Shown here: positions 58,601 to 64,000 of the stretch, one piece after another
Position numbering within the stretch: the first letter of the stretch is position 1
How the letters are laid out: every line of letters starts with the position of its first letter
Source of the DNA: a virus
DNA: 64,000 nucleotides
Virus record (IMG/VR): IMGVR_UViG_3300034062_008235
Coordinates: 27,058-91,057 of that record
Strand: one strand, 5' to 3'
Made by a program: the position numbers and the translations under genes
The notes under the pieces: generated by a model
Seen by the model: only the letters and a program-made list of their open reading frames with translations
Databases searched by the model: none
What the model was told of the DNA's origin: nothing

Positions 58601-59416
58601 CAAGTCTGGAAATACAGGGATTACTGGGATTGGTGTAGAAGTAGCAATAGGTGCTGGAACTGGGATAAGGCTATTTGATTCTTTTGGTCTTGGAGTAGCT
58701 CTTTCAACACCAGAGACTACTTTACTGCAACCTTGGCTATTAACAGTTAAAACTGGGTCTACAACAAAGTTAGCAGGATAAACGTGTGTTCCGGTTAATG
58801 CATTTGTTTCTATTGCCCCATCCCCGAAATCTAATTGAAAATCTGTAATATTACCATTGATATTAATAACATATGATATTGTTGTTCCTGTAACAGGACT
58901 TTGACTTGAGATTAAATAATAAAAAACAACATCTGGACAATTAGAGTCATCTGTAATTTGATCTAAAGCGTTTAAATTTCTGATTCTCCAATCGAGTGTT
59001 GTTTGGTCTGGATTTTCAGAATAACCAATAAAGTTTTCCGTATTAACAATTGATCTTGCTAATTGATTGTGATGTTCAGCCATCACAAATCCACGAATAT
59101 CTGTTCCAGCTGGATTGAATTTAGATTTAACTCCTCCAATACTACGCAAACAGTTAAACAAAGCATTAACTTTGCCAGTATATTGTTCTACACCTACGTT
59201 CTCGTAATAAAGAACTTCTCCAGAAATAGTGGCATATCCATTGTCTGCCCATATTTCTGGTTTATCGGCATCAACTGGTTTGATATATAATGTTGTATCA
59301 AACTGTTCAGCAGATATTATTAGAACACTTTCTGTAGTGTTGTAAACCCTAAAAAGTGTTCGATCTGTATCGTACTTTTTGGGATATTGTGACGTTGGAG
59401 GTAAATTTTGACTCAA
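55658..59416 (-). CDS. large virion protein: PKD-like, P-domain, Pro/Ser linkers, Cys-rich repeats
   Basis: DFGDG..THVY (PKD); D..MLLVGPSGT..LLF..LTFDD..SLSAF..GTYTLYV (P-domain); repeated C-x-C-x-W...W...C modules. Confidence 0.8.
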   Translation of the reverse strand: MSQNLPPTSQYPKKYDTDRTLFRVYNTTESVLIISAEQFDTTLYIKPVDADKPEIWADNGYATISGEVLYYENVGVEQYTGKVNALFNCLRSIGGVKSKFNPAGTDIRGFVMAEHHNQLARSIVNTENFIGYSENPDQTTLDWRIRNLNALDQITDDSNCPDVVFYYLISSQSPVTGTTISYVININGNITDFQLDFGDGAIETNALTGTHVYPANFVVDPVLTVNSQGCSKVVSGVERATPRPKESNSLIPVPAPIATSTPIPVIPVFPDLNIPVPSIVPFEFTPPPIIIPRFGDFPSVITFGGNISIPSLISVGPIPSLVVVIDIPSIIVVDNIPSVISLSPVTGTLNFNDCFNVETGQIDIRSLCTANPYPAVFGNSGTSCAGTPTVNSVRITIQEFRSLKADSKIGDVRMLLVGPSGTAVLLFALGTNSYTVANFINLTFDDTSGNYITPVSTPTPLNGGTYHCSSNGLQNVNFSAPAPAGPYNTSLSAFSNSAPGGTYTLYVQKFNNDAGYSTCQKVGVIGNASLNVCIANNICFTPSPSPTPSSSPSVSPSVSPSVSPSVSPSSGPSSPINPASPAVSPSSVPSTPIDPALTPNTPSSGPAVPPTPVTPSPSYSPPAPEDCSNCTCEYTYLSDDTWAVTDTCRNRSNNSEEPCSDNCECPVPPMTGGILDDLMYLPCRSYCNVDCAWQWDGTSWGEPTLNCGNGDCSCEPPITPGTDPGQSGTSHCYTNPTNCSTSCIYTWSIEDDTWLLTTDCQDSVDCYCEEVSSEPPTSFEDIKRYTTCQTNGDTNACAEISPNKACKCTCDWNAEAAFWTSDGVCRNVSGAADSFCQCCGNCEEVCAGLDDPTPPKSLQDFYVFEPCTPLSEPGCAVCTGNCYYRCSAVNTWTERGLNDCGGDVGCACGETPTSPCTPNVTPDIVTSCSAQVTPSVTPNVTPNVTPNIGNCDNCVVTVKCVPGVPVGGGDPTGYIWEIDVAQNIACHPDGNPTGLCNGECSCPYIGAPCGTPIAPAPNQNCSCTPVTPTAFNFSVNNYAEDNIYYAIKDPVLTNNKCECLNLSADDASIYFENLGIFSTLSECSKFSNKENAYLLKDRTKLREIEVSINTYNQEYVQKLSEYINTNTTKEINTFVNELGQLSITRSVPSAQKPPNSESINIPEIQFMAVTPQTKNQYVVTPVMPEFKEIKILSNDVVVEEIKIDKIDIQEKEQDVKSIDNNAVNLINILKAKTLFKDVDEDEKESTQFKDRS

Positions 59417-59440
59417 CTTAGCACCTTTTGATTCCTATAA

Positions 59441-62400
59441 TTAAAATATATTGCAATTCCATTGAGAATTATCAACTCTTTCTGGTAATTTGTTAAATGT
59501 CAGCGTAATATCGTCAAATTTCACAAAAGAATTATTTGAGTAATCAAAACTTAAATAAACAGCGTGATCATTATCAGAACATGCTACTAAAGTATTATTA
59601 ACATTATTATAATCAGATTTTGTAGTATCTTGAAATTCTCTAAACGCTAAAGAATTCAAACCGGGACCACCAACTGACCAAATTGATGTATTTGGATTAT
59701 ATGCTGACACGCTACCAGTATTATTGAAGAAATATAACCCAGATACTAGATTAGTCAATTGACCTTCTGTCTTTTGTCCACCAACAATATCTGTTAATTT
59801 TTCAAAGTAATAAATAAAGTCAGCTCCATTTTCCTTTGTCCTGTAAAAACTTTGTAATTGGAAAAATTCACCCACACCGCTATTCCTAAGTATGTAACCA
59901 TTTCTTCCATTAATTGCAGTTCTATACACTGAGAAATAACCGTACAAGCTTACGTTGTCATCAAATTGTGAAGGATTTTGCCGAAGTTCTGTTGACCCAC
60001 CCAAATATTGATCGGCTACTGTTGAGATTGCAGAATAAACATTAGTTGTAAAATTATGTTCTGTAATTTGTTGATTAGTAAGAGATAATCCAGAAGTTTG
60101 ACTTAAAGGATTTCCTAACAAGAAATATTGACGGTTTTCAAAAGCATAAGCAATCCAGTTCCATGGTCTGTAATTAGTATTATAGTTGTTGTAAGTTTCA
60201 TTGAAAGCATTAAAGTTTATGGAAATAATTTCTTCAAGAGATGAAGCTTGTGTTGATTCTCTGCCGCTTGCATAGCTAATTGTTAAATTACCACCAATAC
60301 CACTTGAATAATAACCATTTATTGTTGAGAAATTATTTCTTGAAAATTCTCTAATAGCTTGGTTTTCATTTTCTGTGCCAATTAAGAAATCATTGTTTAT
60401 AGTAACTTCTTTACCTGTTATTTGTGTTTTTTTGAACACTTCGCTTAACAACCCCATTTCGTTAGCATAAATGTAATTTGTATTATCTGCATATGCAAAA
60501 AGATAATAGTTTTTACTTTCAACAACATTGATATAGTTTACTTTCTGAGTAATCCTATAAGATCCGTTAGAAGTTATACATTTTAAAGCAATTCCATAAA
60601 TTCCACCAATCCCATAATTAACATTTGTGCTATCCATATTTGGATGAGATAAAGAATCACTTAATATCCATTCGTAAGTAGTAATTGGATCTATTGCATA
60701 TTGACCATTACTTGTGACAGTAAAATACAAATTCATATTATTTGAAGTTTTAACTTGATTGTTAATCTCTATTTGGTATGCATTAAGTTCAGGCTCCAAT
60801 ACGGCAAAATCAGGAGCAATATATCTTGCATTGATATAACTTGGTAAAGAAGAAGTATTAGATCCAAATCGATTTGCAACTGTTAATTTTACATCATAAA
60901 CACCGGGATTTTGATAAGTGTGTGAAACATCTGCCGTAGAATTGACTAAAGAATAACTAATGACTTTTGTTGAACCATCACCAAAATCCCAAGTGTAAGT
61001 TATATCATTATTTTGCAACTCTTTTCCTGTGTTAAAACTCAAATCTGTGAAATTAACAGCAAATGGAACAATTCCAATTGTAGAATTAGCTGTAAACCAT
61101 GGTTTAGGATTGTAAGCAATTGTTCTTAAGTAATTTATTCTTTGTTCCATTGTTCCAAATAACGGCTTTGCTGTTGTTTGTCCGACAATTCCAGAGAACC
61201 CTTGAATTAATTTCAAAGCATCTTTGATAACATTGTGATGTTGAGCAACAACATTCATAGTAACATTTGTTACATTTTTCGGTTTATCAGAGTCTACAAA
61301 ACCCTCAATCAATTTGATATCATCAAATGTGGTGTCACTTTTAGATGTATAATAAAATGAAATTGCTCTGAACTCTGGATCACTGCAATTTTCTGTCAAA
61401 GTTATAATACCAGAATCTGGGAACAAAGACATAACAGATGGATTATTTTCTACAATTACACTTGTATCACCTATCATGTAATCTTGAGCCAAAGAAAGTC
61501 TTAAACTGTCTTTTACACCATAGAGATTTGCGTCTGTATCCAATAAAGATGGATAATTCAATCTTGGAAGCACTAAACTTGTTGAAGGAGGTGTTGGTGC
61601 AATTGGAACAACTGGAGGTATTGGCGTTACAGGCGCAATTGGTGATGGTATAATTGGAGTTACAGGAGCAACTGGTGCTGGAACTGGTGTAGGAGTTGGC
61701 GTAGGAGTTGGTGTGGGAGTCGGTGTCGGTGTAGGAGTTGGTGTAGGAAAACAATTTGTTATTAATGCTGCTTGACATTCTTCTTCTGTTGCGTAAACAC
61801 CAATTTCTGTGTATTGATTTTGAGCAAAAGGTCCAGAACCAGTGTAATAATATTCAATGTAATAGTCATCACCATAAACACAGATGCAATCACCAGCATC
61901 GATTCCTTTTAAAATGTCAAAACTGCTGAAATTTGCTCGTAATAAATGATATCCGCAATTTGTGATATATGTTGAGCATGTTTCGCATACTAATAACGCA
62001 GCATCACATTCTTCCTTTGTCTGATACACTCCTGTTTCAGTAAATTGATTTTGAGCAAAAGGTCCAGAACCAGTGTAATAATATTCTACATAATGGTCAT
62101 CACCATAAACACACAAACATTGCCCTATAAATAATTCTGGAGCAGCAATTGGATTATCGACATTTACTTTCAATAAGTGATAACCACAATTTTCCAAAAA
62201 ATATTCGCATTGTACTGATGGTGCTACAGGTGTTATTTCACATTCATTTTTTGCAAAATTGCAATCTTCAAGGCTGTTGTAAATGCCATATACTTCAAAC
62301 TGATTTTGTGCATATTCACCTGAACCAGTATAAAAATAATTTATATAAAATTCATCGCCATAGACACATATGCAATCGTTTTTCAATAATGATGTATTGG

Positions 62401-64000
62401 CAATAGGATAATCTACTTTTGCTTTCAATAAATAATAACCACAGTTTTTTATTAACACTGTGCATGGCGATCCCGGATCTGCACATCTAACAGTTTGTAT
62501 TAATACGCCATTTGGAATACAAGTGCTTACTATCAATTCGCCTAATGGCGTAAATATTTGTATCCATGCAATTCCTATGTGACAACCACCATCTATAGCG
62601 CATGCTAATTCAAAAGTAAAATGTCCGTTTTGATCTGCAACTATGTTATTCGGGAGCACAAACTGTGTTTGTCTATCACCACCTGTAGCACCATTATTAA
62701 GATCAACAGTTCCAATTTCCACATCATTTACAAGAAATTTAAATATTGCCCTATCGCAATAATGTCCACCCGGACATGGTCCTTCACTATCACTGTATCT
62801 TATCAATGCTGTATATCCAGACAAATCTATATCTGTTATACACAAAGGTAATGTGGGTGGTGGTAGTGGTTCACATGTAATAAACGCCGCTGTGTCATTT
62901 CCAGTAAGAGTTACATAAGTTCCATTGCCATATGCAACACTGTACCAGTCTTGCGATGATGGAAGAGGCAATTCTTCCCATTCTTCACCATCTGTTGAAA
63001 AGAATGATGTTGCTCCTATTTCAGTCCCATAAGCATCTTTTCTTCCTTGAATTACCATGAACCCTTCAAGAACACCACCTGCACCATAGGTAACACTGCC
63101 TAAATTGGAAACTCCGGGCTTTATTGCTGGCAATTCTCCAGTCCAATTTCGTCCATCTATTGATCTTGCTGTACGACCATCTCCAATTGCTAGAAAAAAT
63201 GAATTTCCATAAGCTAAAGTATTCCAACCAGAAACTATGGGGTCAGTGATTGTCCCCCACGGCATAGTATTTTCGTCCCAAGTAACTCCATCATATGTTG
63301 ATATTGATCTGCGTTTTATTCCAGTATATGTTATCGCTACTGTTATGTTACTTAAATTAATGTCTCCACTTGCGCATAAAGCTCCTCTGACATCTCCTTT
63401 GTTTGAAACTAAATTCCAAGTTAAACCAAGATCTGTTGAAGAAATAACTTTTTCATTTATAGATTCTGCTATTGTAAAAGTCCCACCATTAAAAGTAGAA
63501 TAAACAATTCTATTTGGTTTAAAATTACTATCTACAATGTTCTGTGGAGCTGTCCAGCTAGTTCCATTAGTTGAAGTCGATATTTTAGGTATATTTCCTG
63601 AAGTGCCATCTCCAAGACATACTGCTATAAAAGTATTGCTGCCATATGCTATATCAATCCATTTTGCACTTATTGGCAAATTAAATGAAATCCAAGTCAC
63701 ACCATCACTGCTATATGCTCCTTTGTTGCCTTCTCCAATCGCATAAAAAGCATTTTTATCTTCTACAAATATAACTCTGTTCCAATGCTGAGAAACAGGT
63801 AGTTTTGTTGGAACCCAAATAAGATTGCAACCGGGTTGTGGCGGCGGTGGTGGTGTAGGACTAGGTGATGGACTAGGACTAGGTGATGGACTAGGACTAG
63901 GTGATGGACTAGGACTAGGTGATGGACTAGGACTAGGTGATGGACTAGGACTAGGTGATGGACTAGGACTAGGTGATGGACTAGGACTAGGTGATGGACT
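59441..64000 (-). CDS. very large virion/tail-fibre protein (N-terminus beyond window)
   Basis: Frame stays open upstream of 63700 to the window edge; S.DG..W propeller-type repeats, three Cys/Tyr repeats, PT linker, PKD WDFGDG..HTY..PGVY. Confidence 0.85.
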   Translation of the reverse strand, partial: SPSPSPSPSPSPSPSPSPSPSPSPSPSPSPSPSPSPSPSPSPSPSPSPTPPPPPQPGCNLIWVPTKLPVSQHWNRVIFVEDKNAFYAIGEGNKGAYSSDGVTWISFNLPISAKWIDIAYGSNTFIAVCLGDGTSGNIPKISTSTNGTSWTAPQNIVDSNFKPNRIVYSTFNGGTFTIAESINEKVISSTDLGLTWNLVSNKGDVRGALCASGDINLSNITVAITYTGIKRRSISTYDGVTWDENTMPWGTITDPIVSGWNTLAYGNSFFLAIGDGRTARSIDGRNWTGELPAIKPGVSNLGSVTYGAGGVLEGFMVIQGRKDAYGTEIGATSFFSTDGEEWEELPLPSSQDWYSVAYGNGTYVTLTGNDTAAFITCEPLPPPTLPLCITDIDLSGYTALIRYSDSEGPCPGGHYCDRAIFKFLVNDVEIGTVDLNNGATGGDRQTQFVLPNNIVADQNGHFTFELACAIDGGCHIGIAWIQIFTPLGELIVSTCIPNGVLIQTVRCADPGSPCTVLIKNCGYYLLKAKVDYPIANTSLLKNDCICVYGDEFYINYFYTGSGEYAQNQFEVYGIYNSLEDCNFAKNECEITPVAPSVQCEYFLENCGYHLLKVNVDNPIAAPELFIGQCLCVYGDDHYVEYYYTGSGPFAQNQFTETGVYQTKEECDAALLVCETCSTYITNCGYHLLRANFSSFDILKGIDAGDCICVYGDDYYIEYYYTGSGPFAQNQYTEIGVYATEEECQAALITNCFPTPTPTPTPTPTPTPTPTPTPVPAPVAPVTPIIPSPIAPVTPIPPVVPIAPTPPSTSLVLPRLNYPSLLDTDANLYGVKDSLRLSLAQDYMIGDTSVIVENNPSVMSLFPDSGIITLTENCSDPEFRAISFYYTSKSDTTFDDIKLIEGFVDSDKPKNVTNVTMNVVAQHHNVIKDALKLIQGFSGIVGQTTAKPLFGTMEQRINYLRTIAYNPKPWFTANSTIGIVPFAVNFTDLSFNTGKELQNNDITYTWDFGDGSTKVISYSLVNSTADVSHTYQNPGVYDVKLTVANRFGSNTSSLPSYINARYIAPDFAVLEPELNAYQIEINNQVKTSNNMNLYFTVTSNGQYAIDPITTYEWILSDSLSHPNMDSTNVNYGIGGIYGIALKCITSNGSYRITQKVNYINVVESKNYYLFAYADNTNYIYANEMGLLSEVFKKTQITGKEVTINNDFLIGTENENQAIREFSRNNFSTINGYYSSGIGGNLTISYASGRESTQASSLEEIISINFNAFNETYNNYNTNYRPWNWIAYAFENRQYFLLGNPLSQTSGLSLTNQQITEHNFTTNVYSAISTVADQYLGGSTELRQNPSQFDDNVSLYGYFSVYRTAINGRNGYILRNSGVGEFFQLQSFYRTKENGADFIYYFEKLTDIVGGQKTEGQLTNLVSGLYFFNNTGSVSAYNPNTSIWSVGGPGLNSLAFREFQDTTKSDYNNVNNTLVACSDNDHAVYLSFDYSNNSFVKFDDITLTFNKLPERVDNSQWNCNIF
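63858..64000 (-). repeat. 18-nt tandem repeat encoding a (Ser-Pro)n linker
   Basis: GGACTAGGACTAGGTGAT units repeated to the window edge. Confidence 0.9.

Noticed and set aside
61765-62445. Diversity-generating retroelement TR/VR pair
   Set aside because: Repeats are in-frame domain duplications, differences are not adenine-specific, and no reverse transcriptase is in the window.
63858-64000. Regular repeat as a CRISPR array
   Set aside because: No unique spacers; in-frame 18-nt tandem encoding (SP)n inside the giant ORF.
1-64000. Stop-codon recoding, inteins or introns, tRNAs
   Set aside because: Core genes are intact at expected sizes under the standard code and end in TAA, TAG or TGA. 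No intein motifs seen in RNR or helicases and no cloverleaf seen in intergenic gaps by eye (not exhaustive).

Overview
AT-rich, densely coding 64 kb segment of a large T4-like myovirus genome. No host housekeeping operons, tRNA, rRNA, CRISPR array, integrase or transposase were seen. Replication and recombination genes: UvsX/RecA (cut off at the left edge and missed by the ORF track), gp32-like SSB, UvsY-like, gp41/DnaB helicase, a short divergent family-A polymerase, UvsW, gp47/gp46, primase, resolvase and a PD-(D/E)XK nuclease. Nucleotide metabolism: dCMP deaminase and class II RNR. Transcription: a gp55-like late sigma plus a second sigma-region-2-like protein. Tail and neck genes: sheath, two tubes, gp13/14/15/26-like, and two giant PKD/Cys-rich virion proteins. 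Accessory genes: MoxR ATPase + vWA peptidase, GATase-II, phiEco32-type amidoligase, several glycosyltransferases, a McsA-like Zn finger and a volactin-like actin. Most notable observations: (1) a symmetric non-coding element at 7.6-8.1 kb where two consensus sigma54 -24/-12 motifs face each other across nested hairpins (candidate origin or RNA element); (2) about 12 unrelated proteins sharing a T4 capsid-targeting-sequence-like N-terminus; (3) a TA(T/A)ATA late-promoter motif about 5 nt before start codons, often shared by divergent genes, implying leaderless bidirectional transcription; (4) a U UUU UUC -1 frameshift site at the end of the gp26-like gene; (5) a phage volactin-type actin; (6) an apparent AUU-initiated GATase. 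All family assignments come from motif recognition without database searches.
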